This document shows positions 11,375 through 21,449 of a stretch of DNA of 64,000 nt, in pieces (within the stretch, counting starts at the first letter, position 1; each line of letters begins with the position of its first letter). The stretch comes from Candidatus Latescibacterota bacterium (GTDB taxonomy: Bacteria; Latescibacterota; UBA2968; UBA8231). Under the pieces are notes generated by a model. The model was not told where the DNA came from. It saw only the letters and a program-made list of their open reading frames with translations, and ran no database searches. Location of the stretch: positions 2,336,001 to 2,400,000 of the forward strand of contig OZ242005.1 in the NCBI GenBank assembly GCA_965204725.1, read 5' to 3'. A program made the translations under genes and the position numbers.

Positions 11375-14300
11375 TCCCCCTGTCCCTTTCGCTGCACAAC
11401 TTTCTCAGCTACGGCGAGGAGGTGCCGCCCCTCGACTTCACCCAGTTCCACGTCGCTTGCCTCACAGGCGGCAACGGCCACGGCAAGTCCGCCCTGCTCG
11501 ACGGGATTACCTACGCCTTATGGGGCCAAGCGCGCAAAAGCCGCAGCGACGAAGAAATGTGTCGGATCGGTGCCAAAGAGATGCGGGTTGACTTCGACTT
11601 CGCCCTCGGGGAAAAGCACTTCCGCGTCATCCGCAGTTGGCGTCGCACCAAGCGGGGCGTCCCGGCCCTAGACCTGCAAGTAGAAAGCGACGGCGTCTTC
11701 CGCACCCTCAGCGAAGGCGAGGGCATCAATCCCACCCAGCAGCGCATCAACGAGCTCCTATCTATGGACTACGACACCTTCGTCAACTCGGCCTTCATCG
11801 TCCAAGGACGCGCCGACGAGTTCACCCAGAAAAACGCACGGCAACGCAAGGAAGTCCTCGGGCGCATTCTCGGCCTAGAGCGCTACGACCAACTCCAAGG
11901 CATGGCTCGGGTCCGCTATCAAGAGCACCAGCGCCAGAGCGATACTCTGCGAACACGTCTCGGCGAGCTCGATGAAGAGTTGGCCCAGCGCGAAGGCTAC
12001 GAAGCCGATCTACGCGCCCTCGACGACCACCTCGCTTTACTCGGCCGCGAAATCAGCAGCCGCGAAAAAGCGCAAGCCGAGTTGGAGGCCCAACGCCTAG
12101 AACAAATGCAAATCCGCCAGCGCGTCGCCGAGCGGCAGCGGGAGCAGCAGCGCGTTGCCGAGCGGCAGCAGCAGGTCGCCACCGAACTCGAAAACCTGCG
12201 GGAGCAGCAGCGCCAAGACAGCAAAATCCTAGCGGCCGCCGAATCCATTGAGCGGGATTTTGCGGCCTATAACGAGCTCCGCGACCAAATCCACCTGCTC
12301 GAACAAAAGGCTCAGCAGCACGGCGAATTAGAGGCCCGCCGCAGCCAGCTAGAAGCGCGAATCGCCCAAGTGCGCCAAGAGGTGGAGCGCCAGCAAGAGC
12401 GCTGGGCGGCCACGCTCGACGAGCGCCAGCGTCAGCTCGACGAGCATCGAGCGTTGCTCAATCGAGAACAGACCATCGCCATCCGCTACGCCCAATTCAA
12501 CAGCCTCAGCGAGCAGGCCCAAGCCCTAGAGCAGGCCCGGATTCGCTACGAGGATCTCCTCCACCAGCGTCGCGGCCTCAAACACGAACTATCGCTTGCA
12601 GAAGAGCAGCGCAAAAGCCAACGCCAAGCACTAGCCAACCAATTGGCGCAAATCGACCGAGCCATGGCCGAAGGGGAAACCCTAACGGCCCACATCCGCC
12701 AGTTGCAAGCGCAACGGACCCAATTGCAGGCTAAAGCCGAGGAACGGGACCGCCTCGCGGACGAAGGCCGCGACCTCAAGGCCCAGATCAGTGAGCGGCA
12801 GCAGAAGCGACAGGCCGAAGAGGAAGAGTTGACCAACGAGCGCCAGCAGGCTCAGGTCTTGGCCCGTTCCGACGACGCCAACTGCCCATTGTGCGGCAGC
12901 GCGCTCGACGCCGAACACCGCCAGCGGGTCGCGGCCGAACTCGCGCAGCGGGAAGACCGCTGCCAAGAGCGCATCGCCGCCCTCGGCCGCGAGTTGGCCA
13001 CGCTCGGCGAGCAATTGCAAACGATGCGCACTCAGTACAAGGCACTCGACGAGGAAATCGCGCCCCTCCAGCAGGTTCACCAAAAACTGGCCGCCGAGGA
13101 GGCTCGGCTCGGGCAGTTGCGGGAATCGGCCTCAGCGGCCTCGTCGCTAGCCGAGCAACTAGCCGCCCTCGACCGCGAACTCAAAGACCAACTATACGCT
13201 CCCGGCACACGCGAACGCCTGCACAAGACAGCCGGGGAAATCGAGCTATTGGGGTACAGCAGTGCCGAACACGACGCCCTGCGCCAAAAGCTCGCCGAGT
13301 TGCGCCCGGTCGAGGCCGAGCACACCCGCTTGCAAGACGCCAAAAGTCAAGCCGACCGGCTCGAAAGCGAGCGGGCCGAAGTCCAAAGCCAACTTGAGCG
13401 GGCCAACCACCAGCTCGCCGCAGCCGACTATGCCCACGAGGAACGGGAGCAACTCGGCCAAGTTGAGCAGCAGCTCACAGACCTCGGCTACGACGGGGCC
13501 GAGCACCAGCGGGCGCGCCGGCAACAGGACGAGCTGCGCGACAGCCCGCTCCGATTTGAACGCCTGCAACACGCCCGCCAACGCCGCGCTTCGGCCGGTG
13601 AATCGCGGGCGCGCTACGAGGCCGAAGCCGCTGCGCTAGCCGAGCAATTGCAGACCATACAAGAAGAACGGGAACGGTTGCGCGAGCGGGCCGGCGCGTT
13701 GGAAGACGTCGACCGGCAGTTGGGTGAAAACCAAGTCCAACTAAAAAAGCTGCGGGCTGAACGGGATCCACTCCTCCAACGCCGGGGCAGCCTAGAGGCC
13801 CAATGCAGGCGTTGCGCCGAACTGGCGCAGGAACGGGATGCGTTACACCAAGACCTGCAAGACTCCCAGCGACAGGCCTGGATCTACCAACAGCTCGACA
13901 AGGCATTCGGCAAGGATGGGATCCAAGCGCTGATCATTGAAAACGCCGTGCCCCAGATCGCCGAAGAAGCCAACGCCATTCTCGCCCGCCTAACCGACAA
14001 CCGCATCCAAGTCGCCTTTGAGTCGTTGCGCGACCTCAAAAAGGGTGGCACCCGCGAAACCCTCGACGTCAAGATCGCCGACGAGGTGGGCGAGCGGTCC
14101 TATCACCTCTATTCCGGGGGGGAGGCCTTCCGCACCAATTTCGCCTTGCGTATCGCGCTCTCCAAGGTGCTGGCCATGCGCTCGGGCACCCGCCTTCACA
14201 CCCTCTTTATCGACGAGGGCTTCGGCACTCAAGACGAGCAGGGGCTGGAACAACTCATCGAAGCCATCCAAAAGGTCAGCGAGGATTTCAAAAAGGTGTT

Positions 14301-14406
14301 GATCGTCACCCATCTCGACCAACTCAAGGCGGCCTTTCCAGTGCAAATCGAGGTCGCCAAACACCCCGACGTCGGCTCGCGTTTCGCTATAACGCAACAC
14401 GCTTAG
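11371..14406 (+). CDS. sbcC: SMC-like ATPase SbcC (Rad50 family)
   Basis: Walker A GGNGHGKS, coiled coil with CPLC zinc hook, signature YSGGE, Walker B FIDEGFG. Confidence 0.93.
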   Translation: MIPLSLSLHNFLSYGEEVPPLDFTQFHVACLTGGNGHGKSALLDGITYALWGQARKSRSDEEMCRIGAKEMRVDFDFALGEKHFRVIRSWRRTKRGVPALDLQVESDGVFRTLSEGEGINPTQQRINELLSMDYDTFVNSAFIVQGRADEFTQKNARQRKEVLGRILGLERYDQLQGMARVRYQEHQRQSDTLRTRLGELDEELAQREGYEADLRALDDHLALLGREISSREKAQAELEAQRLEQMQIRQRVAERQREQQRVAERQQQVATELENLREQQRQDSKILAAAESIERDFAAYNELRDQIHLLEQKAQQHGELEARRSQLEARIAQVRQEVERQQERWAATLDERQRQLDEHRALLNREQTIAIRYAQFNSLSEQAQALEQARIRYEDLLHQRRGLKHELSLAEEQRKSQRQALANQLAQIDRAMAEGETLTAHIRQLQAQRTQLQAKAEERDRLADEGRDLKAQISERQQKRQAEEEELTNERQQAQVLARSDDANCPLCGSALDAEHRQRVAAELAQREDRCQERIAALGRELATLGEQLQTMRTQYKALDEEIAPLQQVHQKLAAEEARLGQLRESASAASSLAEQLAALDRELKDQLYAPGTRERLHKTAGEIELLGYSSAEHDALRQKLAELRPVEAEHTRLQDAKSQADRLESERAEVQSQLERANHQLAAADYAHEEREQLGQVEQQLTDLGYDGAEHQRARRQQDELRDSPLRFERLQHARQRRASAGESRARYEAEAAALAEQLQTIQEERERLRERAGALEDVDRQLGENQVQLKKLRAERDPLLQRRGSLEAQCRRCAELAQERDALHQDLQDSQRQAWIYQQLDKAFGKDGIQALIIENAVPQIAEEANAILARLTDNRIQVAFESLRDLKKGGTRETLDVKIADEVGERSYHLYSGGEAFRTNFALRIALSKVLAMRSGTRLHTLFIDEGFGTQDEQGLEQLIEAIQKVSEDFKKVLIVTHLDQLKAAFPVQIEVAKHPDVGSRFAITQHA

Positions 14407-14419
14407 CCCCTTGCCCGCT

Positions 14420-15382
14420 ATGGCCCATCACGACGAATACCAAGCCGCCCGCGCCGGCGTCGCCCTGCACGAGCAAGCCTCGTTTCGCTTGGACATGCGC
14501 GGCGCCGACCATCTCGATTTCCTCCACCGCATGACCTCCAACGACTTCCACAACCTGCAAATTGGGCACGGCCTCGAAGCGGTCTTTATCGAACACCGGG
14601 CGCGGATTCTCGACTTGGCCACCTGCTATCGCGGCCCGGACGCCACGGCCTTGATCCTGAGTCCCGATTCGCGCGCCGCAATCCCCGCTTGGTTGGATCG
14701 CTTTATCTTTGCCGAGGCTCTCGAATGGGCAGACCGCACCGACGAGACGGCCCTGTTTGAACTCGTCGGCCCACACGCCGCTCCGCTCGTCGCCCGCACC
14801 TTGGCTGCGGATCTAACTGAATTGCAGGATCACCAGTTACTCGACCCACAGGTCGCCGACGGCCTGTGGCTGGCGCGCACGGCCGGGCCGGGGTTGCGCG
14901 CCTTTGGGCCGCCCGCTGCCATAGAGGCCCTTTGGCAACGACTCGCCGCTGCCGGGGCGCGGCCAATAGGGGCGGCGACCGGGGAAATTTTGCGCGTCGA
15001 ACAGGGCCGGCCCCGGCTCGGGCGCGAGCTGACCCAAAGCTACAATCCTTGGGAAGCCGGGCTTGATCGCGCTATTCATCTAGATAAGGGCTGCTATATC
15101 GGCCAAGAAGTCATCGCCCGCCTAGATACCTACGACAAAGTCAAGCAGCACTTAGTGGGGCTGCGGCTTTCCACCGCCGAGTTGCCGGCAACCGAGCAAC
15201 CGCTACGCGATGGGGGACGCGAAGTCGGGCGCATCACTTCTGCGGTTCATTCCCCCCGCTTCGGCCCGATTGCCCTCGCCTATGTGCGGCGGCGTGCTTG
15301 CGCCGAGGGCACGGTGCTCGACGCGGGTGGAGCGCGAGCCACTGTAGTCGCCCTGCCTTTTTCAGCGCATGAGTCCTGCTAA
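14420..15382 (+). CDS. ygfZ: Folate-binding aminomethyltransferase-like protein YgfZ
   Basis: Signature KGCYIGQEVIAR; GcvT-like ends. Confidence 0.85.
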   Translation: MAHHDEYQAARAGVALHEQASFRLDMRGADHLDFLHRMTSNDFHNLQIGHGLEAVFIEHRARILDLATCYRGPDATALILSPDSRAAIPAWLDRFIFAEALEWADRTDETALFELVGPHAAPLVARTLAADLTELQDHQLLDPQVADGLWLARTAGPGLRAFGPPAAIEALWQRLAAAGARPIGAATGEILRVEQGRPRLGRELTQSYNPWEAGLDRAIHLDKGCYIGQEVIARLDTYDKVKQHLVGLRLSTAELPATEQPLRDGGREVGRITSAVHSPRFGPIALAYVRRRACAEGTVLDAGGARATVVALPFSAHESC

Positions 15383-16280
15383 GGCCGGCCGACGCCGCAA
15401 GATAGTCCATATTGGGATTGATAGCGGCCCGCGCCACAACACCCGAACCTGCTCCGAATTCGCCGCGCTCCTGCGCGAATACACCGATTGGATCGAGTGG
15501 GGCGACGGCCATGCCATTCTCGACGTCACCGACAACAAGCTCGACATCCCCTTTGGAATGCGCGTCGCCAAGATGATCAAGAGCGATGTCAAGCGGCAGC
15601 TAGGCTGGGGCATTTCCGTGGGGTTGGCCCCCAGCAAGTTCTTGGCGCGGCTGGCCATGGAACGCCAGCGGCCCGATGGCCTAACAGTCGTGCTGCCCGA
15701 ACAGATCGGAGATTTTCTCGCCGACGTGCCCATTGACCAACTCCCCGGCGTGGGAGCTATCACGCGCCAGCAGCTCGCGGCCATGCAAATAGAGCGCGTG
15801 GGTTCGCTGGCTCGCGCCCCCCTGAACGAACTCGTGCGTCGCTTTGGCCAGCGGGGCCGCAGCTTTTGGCATCTCGCCCAAGGCCAAGACGACGACCCGG
15901 TCGCCGCGGCCGAGCCGCTCGGGCAAATCGGCGAGGAAGCCTCGTTTGCCGCCCCGCTATACACCCGCGAAGAAATGCGCGATGCCTTGCACACGCTAGC
16001 CGCCGCGCTCTGTGGACGCTTGCAGCGCCGGGGACTCCAAGCACACGACGTGAACCTAGCGGTGCGCTACCCAGATTTTCGCACCGCCACGCACACCGCA
16101 CGGTTGGCCTCCTTTACCGACCGCGCCCCGGTCGTCTTGGCCGCGGCCGAGGCGCTGTTAGACCGCACCGAGGCCGACGACTTGGGGGTGCGCTTGTTGG
16201 GCCTTGCATTGGGGGGATTTGCCGACGAAGCACTCGAACAGCTCGATCTGTTCGCTGGCGAAAGGTCGGTTGAGAATTAG
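15369..16280 (+). CDS. DinB/Y-family polymerase homologue, apparently inactive
   Basis: Retains SVGLAPSKFLA, LPGVG thumb and little finger (VRYPDF...GVRLLG); catalytic acidic motifs degenerate and finger region missing. Confidence 0.75.
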   Translation: MSPAKAGRRRKIVHIGIDSGPRHNTRTCSEFAALLREYTDWIEWGDGHAILDVTDNKLDIPFGMRVAKMIKSDVKRQLGWGISVGLAPSKFLARLAMERQRPDGLTVVLPEQIGDFLADVPIDQLPGVGAITRQQLAAMQIERVGSLARAPLNELVRRFGQRGRSFWHLAQGQDDDPVAAAEPLGQIGEEASFAAPLYTREEMRDALHTLAAALCGRLQRRGLQAHDVNLAVRYPDFRTATHTARLASFTDRAPVVLAAAEALLDRTEADDLGVRLLGLALGGFADEALEQLDLFAGERSVEN

Positions 16281-16341
16281 CATGGGACGCCCGTACCATG
16301 CCTAGCGAAAAACTCGCGAACCTAGCTTCTAAGAAGTAGGG

Positions 16342-16368
16342 GTCATTCCCGCGAAAGCGGGAATCCAG
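16342..16368 (+). repeat. REP-like palindrome, family GTCATTCCCGC-N-GCGGGAATCCAG
   Basis: GTCATTCCCGCGAAAGCGGGAATCCAG; six further copies in the window. Confidence 0.85.
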
Positions 16369-16418
16369 AAAAGGACCAAGCCGAATCAGAAACGGAAACC
16401 CTAATTTTCAGACCGCTT

Positions 16419-17345
16419 CTAAGGCTTGGCGAACTCACTCACAAAGTTCCAGATCACCTCGTGGGTAGATACGCCGCGGATGGCGTCCGGCCATTCGTGC
16501 CCCACGCCACTCAGCCGATAGTGCTCCACGCGCACTCCCTCGTCGCAGGCGTCATGGACGATGTGAAGAGCCGAGTCCGACTGGGTTTCGCTCTCATTCT
16601 GGCAGTTGTATTGCTCACTCCAGAATCGGACGAGACTGGGAATGTCCCGCATCGTTCCGACGGAATCCCATGCCTTCCATTCCCATTCGCTGTCGTACGA
16701 GATGATCGGGTCATCCTGACCGTGAATGTGCATGATGGATACGTTTTCTACGAGCGCACAGGAATTGGGCGTCACCGGCATCGTGCCAGCTAAAGAGGCG
16801 ATTGCCGCGAACCGAGCGTTCAAATGACAGGCCAACTCGTAGGTGAACATCGAACCGAGGGAGTAGCCTGTTGCGTAGATGCGACTTGAATCCACGCAGT
16901 AGCGCGCGGACAGGTCGTCGATCAACGCCTCGACAAAGGCGATGTCTTGGGTGGAGCTTTCGCTGGTGTTGAGTTGCCACTCCCCTTCGTTGGGCGGCAC
17001 GAGTTCGGCCAATGGATAGACCGCGATCACGCCCTCTGCCTCCACCAACTCTTCAAATTCCCGCTGCTGTGGAAACGGATAGTCGCGGCCACTGCCACCG
17101 TGAAAGGCCATGAGCACTGGCAGCACCACCCCGGCGTCGGCTTGGGGGACCGATAGCCGGTATTGCCTCCGAACCCCGTTGACCATCAGTTCCGCAAGCG
17201 TCTGGCTCTCAGCCGCCGCCGGCGTGGCGCAAGCACCATTCAGCGAATCGCCGCCCTCACTCCCCGTAGCATTGCTGTCGCCATCCCCGCCGCAAGCGGC
17301 CAACAGAACCACAAGTCCATACTTCATGCCGCTCCGTACCATCAC
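16419..17345 (-). CDS. Lipoprotein esterase, PHB-depolymerase/LpqC-like alpha/beta hydrolase
   Basis: LLAAC lipobox, AFHGG, nucleophile motif GYSLG, HIHGQDD, GHEWP. Confidence 0.8.
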   Translation of the reverse strand: MMVRSGMKYGLVVLLAACGGDGDSNATGSEGGDSLNGACATPAAAESQTLAELMVNGVRRQYRLSVPQADAGVVLPVLMAFHGGSGRDYPFPQQREFEELVEAEGVIAVYPLAELVPPNEGEWQLNTSESSTQDIAFVEALIDDLSARYCVDSSRIYATGYSLGSMFTYELACHLNARFAAIASLAGTMPVTPNSCALVENVSIMHIHGQDDPIISYDSEWEWKAWDSVGTMRDIPSLVRFWSEQYNCQNESETQSDSALHIVHDACDEGVRVEHYRLSGVGHEWPDAIRGVSTHEVIWNFVSEFAKP

Positions 17346-17439
17346 GTTCTCCTTGTCAAAAGAAATTATTGCCGACCTACAAGAGGATGTTGCCGGACAT
17401 ACTCGGCCTCCTTACGACCCGACACCAGCCCTCCGCCTA

Positions 17440-17494
17440 CCTGGGATCGAGGGCATCTTGCCCTCGTTGAGGGCGGGACGCCCTCGATCCCGGG
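17440..17494. repeat. REP doublet palindrome (different family)
   Basis: CCTGGGATCGAGGGCATCTTGCCCTC-gtt-GAGGGCGGGACGCCCTCGATCCCGGG: two hairpins in inverted orientation. Confidence 0.7.
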
Positions 17495-17555
17495 CGCAAC
17501 GACAACACCAGAAAATGCGTACTCAACGTAAGTGTCGCGTACTTAGCTCGGCCTC

Positions 17556-18818
17556 TTAGGCCACAGCCCGCGGCAACACCGAATCCCCATAGGGCATCGC
17601 CCAGATCCGGGCCTCGGGGCCAACGACCTCGTGCGCGACCGCCACGGCTTGGCCTAAGTCGTCAAAGGGCACTACCCCAACGCGGCCAATGGCCTCTGCC
17701 GCCAGCGACGAGACCAAATATACGCGGGCCTTTTTCAGCACCCCGGCAATGGCTGCGGCCTTGTGCCCGCCCAAGACGAATTCCCGCTCTATGCGTGCGA
17801 GCACCTCGTCGGCCGAATCCGCCTCCTGCAACCAAGCGGCAAAAGTCGCGCCCCCCAGCCCCTCTCGGCATTCGGCCACCCAGACGATGACGCCGCCTTC
17901 GCGCACCGCATGCACGGCGTTGTCGAGGGCCTTTTGCGCCTGATACATATTGACATCGAGCGGATAGCCGCCCGCGCTGACGAGCACCATATCAGCGCAT
18001 CGCGCAATGGGCACGGCCCCGCGCTCGGCCACCCACTCGCACCCCTTGCGGTGGGCATCGCGCACGTGCCCGGCAAAGGCGGCGACGATGCGGTGGCGAT
18101 CATCGACAATCGCATTGAGGATGAAGTCGATCCCCAGCATGGCCGCGCCTTCTTCCAGATCTTCGCGCACGGGATTGCCCGCCAAGCACCCGGTCGTCGC
18201 CCCGGGGCGGGTCATTAGACCGTGGTTGGCCGTTATCGTACTGGAGGAGGCACACCCGGGTACGACTGCCTTGGCCCCGCCGGAAAAGCCGGCGAAGTAG
18301 TGGAACTCCACGTTGCCCAAACAGAGCCGCACATCGGCCTCCACGAGGGGACGGAAAAGTTCCACCGGCGTACCGCGGGCGGTGACGCCCAGCCGCACCA
18401 CGTCTTGTAGATCGTGGTTGACGACCCGCACCCGCGCATAAACAGTCGGCCCCACTAAGGCCGCCAACTCAGCTTCGGTCTGCGCTCGATGCAGCCCCAA
18501 CGCCACGATCACGGTCACATCGGCGTCCGGGACGCCGGCCGCGGCGAGTTCCTCCAGCACCGGCGGCAACAGGCGGTCCGTCGGGCAAGGCCGAGTCATA
18601 TCGCTGACCACGATCGCGACCTGCTGACCGGGCCGCACCAGCGCACGCAATGCCGGTGTGCCCAACGGATGGGCCAAGGCTTGGCGCACCACGTCTTGCT
18701 CGGCTCGGTCGCCGTTGGTCGCGGCCTTGGGCCGCACAATGCCGAGCAGGTGCTCGGTGGACACGGCGATCGGCAGGTATCCGTCGCCATAGGGGAGCTT
18801 GAGTTCGGTCGCGGTCAT
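17556..18818 (-). CDS. larA: Nickel-pincer-dependent lactate racemase family protein
   Basis: VSDMTRPCP, ALGLHR, NHD, FHYFAGFSGGAK, GGYPLDVNMYQAQK; AGGAGG SD before MTATELK. Confidence 0.88.
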   Translation of the reverse strand: MTATELKLPYGDGYLPIAVSTEHLLGIVRPKAATNGDRAEQDVVRQALAHPLGTPALRALVRPGQQVAIVVSDMTRPCPTDRLLPPVLEELAAAGVPDADVTVIVALGLHRAQTEAELAALVGPTVYARVRVVNHDLQDVVRLGVTARGTPVELFRPLVEADVRLCLGNVEFHYFAGFSGGAKAVVPGCASSSTITANHGLMTRPGATTGCLAGNPVREDLEEGAAMLGIDFILNAIVDDRHRIVAAFAGHVRDAHRKGCEWVAERGAVPIARCADMVLVSAGGYPLDVNMYQAQKALDNAVHAVREGGVIVWVAECREGLGGATFAAWLQEADSADEVLARIEREFVLGGHKAAAIAGVLKKARVYLVSSLAAEAIGRVGVVPFDDLGQAVAVAHEVVGPEARIWAMPYGDSVLPRAVA

Positions 18819-18832
18819 CGTTCCTCCTGATC

Positions 18833-19001
18833 TATTAGTCCTAAATGACTTGCAAGCATTGTAGAGATGCTTCGCTACGCTCAGCATGACACCGAGACGG
18901 GCGCTTCGTCCCCCACACCTTGTCATACTGAGCGCAGCGAAGTATCTCATACCCAAAACGCCATGCACAACATCCCGTATGAATGATGTAGGATTGCTTA
19001 T
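18833..19001 (+). mobile_element. Non-autonomous MITE-like element carrying a REP doublet
   Basis: Ends (TATTAGTCCTAAATGACTTGCAAGCAT ... TGAATGATGTAGGATTGCTTAT) match the element at 52636-52754 in reverse; interior inverted pair GAGATGCTTCGCTACGCTCAGCATGACA / TGTCATACTGAGCGCAGCGAAGTATCTC at 18864-18948. Confidence 0.65.
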
Positions 19002-20506
19002 CACCTAAGAAGCATGAAACTCGAAAGCGGCAAGCTGACGATTCGGGGGTCGTCAACCTTCCCGGAATGATCCTGCGTGATCAGCAAGCCAAAAGAGGCG
19101 TTGTTGACTGATTTTTCCACAAACGACCGAATACCGAGTGTATCCCGCAAGGGATCAATCCGGCGTTGATATTTGATTTCCACCGGCACGCGCTGTGCGC
19201 CGACCGTCAAGACGAAATCCACTTCGCGGTCCAAGCCGCGCTCGGGCAAGTGGGCGATGTCCAAGCCGTGAACGGTCAAGGCGACCGAGCCGAAAATGCT
19301 CTCCGCGAGATGGCCGGCCAGCGCGGTGAGTTCGGGCCGCTCGGCTAGGGCTTCAGCGGTCAATGGAATCTGCTCTTGGAGCCAACTGGCTCGCAGGCCG
19401 TGATCGACCAGACACAGTTTCGCGTTCCCGCGCTTTCTCTTGAGCCGAATCTCGAGCGGTGGAATCAAGCGAAGCAGCAGGGTGTCGGCGAGAAACCTCA
19501 AGTAGTGAGTCACCCGCTGACTGCCGATGTTCGCGCCGAGCGATTGACGAGCTTCGTCCGCCAGCGTCGAAACCGTCGGCGTCTGCCCGGCATAGCGGCA
19601 GGCCAAGCGGAAAAGCTCTTCAAGTAGCTGGGCATCTCGCTTCCGGCCGCGGTCGCCGACCCGAAGGTCGTGTTGGATAACCCGCTTGATCACGGTTTCG
19701 TTCAACTGGTCCGCGAGCAAGGGCCAGCCGACATCCTTTTGCTTGTGGACTATCGGATAGCCTCCCCGCTCGGAAAAATGCCGAAAGGCTTCATTCCGAA
19801 ACGCGGTGTGCTTCTCCCCATGGGCGCGCAACTCCTGCCAGAAACCCTTGTCAATCAGGAAGCTCAGGCCGTTGTCTGGCAGGAATGGTTGCGGCGGCCC
19901 CAGTGCGCGCAACGCGCCGATTTCGGTCAGCGAAAGCACCCCTGCCTCGACCGTGCTGATGCGCCCGGCCAAGCTGTCCCGCCCCCGTTCAATCCGCAGC
20001 GCGGAACTTCCCGTAACCATGACCTTTACCGCGGTGTTATCTACGAGAAACTTGAGCTGCGGTGCCCAAGCCTGAAGGTTCTGCACCTCGTCAAAAAAGA
20101 GGTATGCCTTCTGCCCGTCTTGCGCGAGCGCGTTGAAGTGCTTCTTGATTATCTGCCGCTCGAACCAATCGGCCACATCGAGAATCGGCTGTTGAGTGGT
20201 TTTCAGCGCGGGCAGTTCGTCAAACGGGACCCGGAGGATGCTCGTGGGCGACACGCCTTCTGCAATCAAATCTGCAATGACGTGAAGCTGCGCCGTGCTT
20301 TTTCCCACTTGCCGCGGACCGCGCACCGCGACAATCGGGGCGATCTCCGCGTCGAGGCGACAGCGAATCTGCGCGACGAGGTGGCGGCGCGTACGCGGCT
20401 GCGGAGGCATGGGGTTGTCTTCCCACCAAGGATTCAGACGACGCAGGACGCGGACGAACTCCGGCGACAACTCATAGTCGATAAAAGGCAAAGCCCGCTT
20501 GCTCAT
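19001..20506 (-). CDS. AAA_14 ATPase with C-terminal DUF4143 (PD-(D/E)xK-like) domain
   Basis: GPRQVGKS, FFDEVQ, VTGSS, EVDFVL...PVEIKY. Confidence 0.85.
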   Translation of the reverse strand: MSKRALPFIDYELSPEFVRVLRRLNPWWEDNPMPPQPRTRRHLVAQIRCRLDAEIAPIVAVRGPRQVGKSTAQLHVIADLIAEGVSPTSILRVPFDELPALKTTQQPILDVADWFERQIIKKHFNALAQDGQKAYLFFDEVQNLQAWAPQLKFLVDNTAVKVMVTGSSALRIERGRDSLAGRISTVEAGVLSLTEIGALRALGPPQPFLPDNGLSFLIDKGFWQELRAHGEKHTAFRNEAFRHFSERGGYPIVHKQKDVGWPLLADQLNETVIKRVIQHDLRVGDRGRKRDAQLLEELFRLACRYAGQTPTVSTLADEARQSLGANIGSQRVTHYLRFLADTLLLRLIPPLEIRLKRKRGNAKLCLVDHGLRASWLQEQIPLTAEALAERPELTALAGHLAESIFGSVALTVHGLDIAHLPERGLDREVDFVLTVGAQRVPVEIKYQRRIDPLRDTLGIRSFVEKSVNNASFGLLITQDHSGKVDDPRIVSLPLSSFMLLR

Positions 20507-20557
20507 TCTCTTCCTTTCACGATGGGAGCTTGCTCGGGGAATGCGCTACATCTCCCC

Positions 20558-20600
20558 GTCAGGATCGCGGATTGGTGCGGATTAAAGGATGGCGCGGATT
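20558..20600 (+). repeat. Left 43-nt inverted repeat (CGGATT-triplet type)
   Basis: GTCAGGATCGCGGATTGGTGCGGATTAAAGGATGGCGCGGATT; inverted partner at 26563-26605. Confidence 0.75.
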
Positions 20601-21012
20601 AAAGACCGTTGGGTCGTCTGCGCTTGGGTTGTGAATGAACTAGTCTTTTGAACACTAAACTTTTCGACCCGAAATTGATTAACAAGCCCACTTCTAGCCG
20701 ATATGCCTTCAAATAATTTAAGGTCTGCGCTATGTGGGCATCTTCCAATACAGAAACCGCTTTCAATTCTACCAATACTTTTCCTTCAACGACAAAATCG
20801 GCGCGGCGCGTACCAATTGGCTTTGTCAATCCTTTGTAGAAAATGTGTTGCTCAATTTCACGCGCAAAAGCCAACCCCACCTGTGCCAGCTCAAACGCCA
20901 AGGCCCGCTGATAAATTACCTCTTGGAATCCATTGCCCAAAAATTTATGCACCTCGAAGGCCGCCCCGATGATTTTTTCGGTTATATCTCTGTGTTTTAG
21001 GTTATTGATCAT
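20599..21012 (-). CDS. GxxExxY protein (PD-(D/E)xK nuclease family)
   Basis: LGNGFQEVIYQRAL, RADFVVEGKVLVELKA, LLINFG. Confidence 0.92.
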   Translation of the reverse strand: MINNLKHRDITEKIIGAAFEVHKFLGNGFQEVIYQRALAFELAQVGLAFAREIEQHIFYKGLTKPIGTRRADFVVEGKVLVELKAVSVLEDAHIAQTLNYLKAYRLEVGLLINFGSKSLVFKRLVHSQPKRRRPNGL

Positions 21013-21080
21013 ACTTACTTTTCTTTCTCTACTGCGTCCTTCGACCCGTTTCAATGCCGGCGTGACCATGAGTGAATAGG

Positions 21081-21449
21081 TTATTTTGTTTCATGAGGTT
21101 CTTCTTTCTCAAACCACAGCGAGCCGGTGGGCACTCCATTAACAAGCCTAAATAGCCCGCTATATGTAAGACGTCCATAAAACCTACTTACTATATCGGA
21201 TGAAAATAATTGTTTCTCGCCGCCGATTAGCCAAAGAATATCTAATCCATTTTTGTTTAGCCATTCATCTAACTTTTGGCTATCCATCAAAGCATAACTC
21301 GGTCCGTATTGTTTGATACTCGGATCGCGGAAAATCACGCCATCATCATTCTCCCAAGATCCAAAATCATTGTCAGTTCTTCTTAAATCCAAACTTTCTA
21401 TCAACTCTTTTGTGGGAAGATAGAATGATAAAGAGTCATCAAGTGAGTA
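21081..21449 (-). pseudogene. Detached C-terminal fragment of the AVAST-like gene
   Basis: Frame YSLDDSLSFYLPTKELIESLDL...ILWLIGGEKQ begins exactly at the IS end and has the same low GC as 22294-26482. Confidence 0.75.

Noticed and set aside
11900-13900. Q/E/R-rich low-complexity quasi-repeats
   Set aside because: Ordinary SbcC coiled coil.
17515-17550. GCGTACTCAACGTAAGTGTCGCGTACTTAG, a possible IS end remnant
   Set aside because: No partner or second copy in the window; too short to support.
18819-19004. N-terminal extension of larA in the ORF track
   Set aside because: It is read-through of the MITE/REP; a strong SD precedes the ATG at 18818.
19670-20602. Long antisense ORFs (also 28168-28911, 34094-34981, 39670-40512, 59710-60426)
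   Set aside because: Shadow frames of real genes in GC-rich DNA, with no recognisable motifs.
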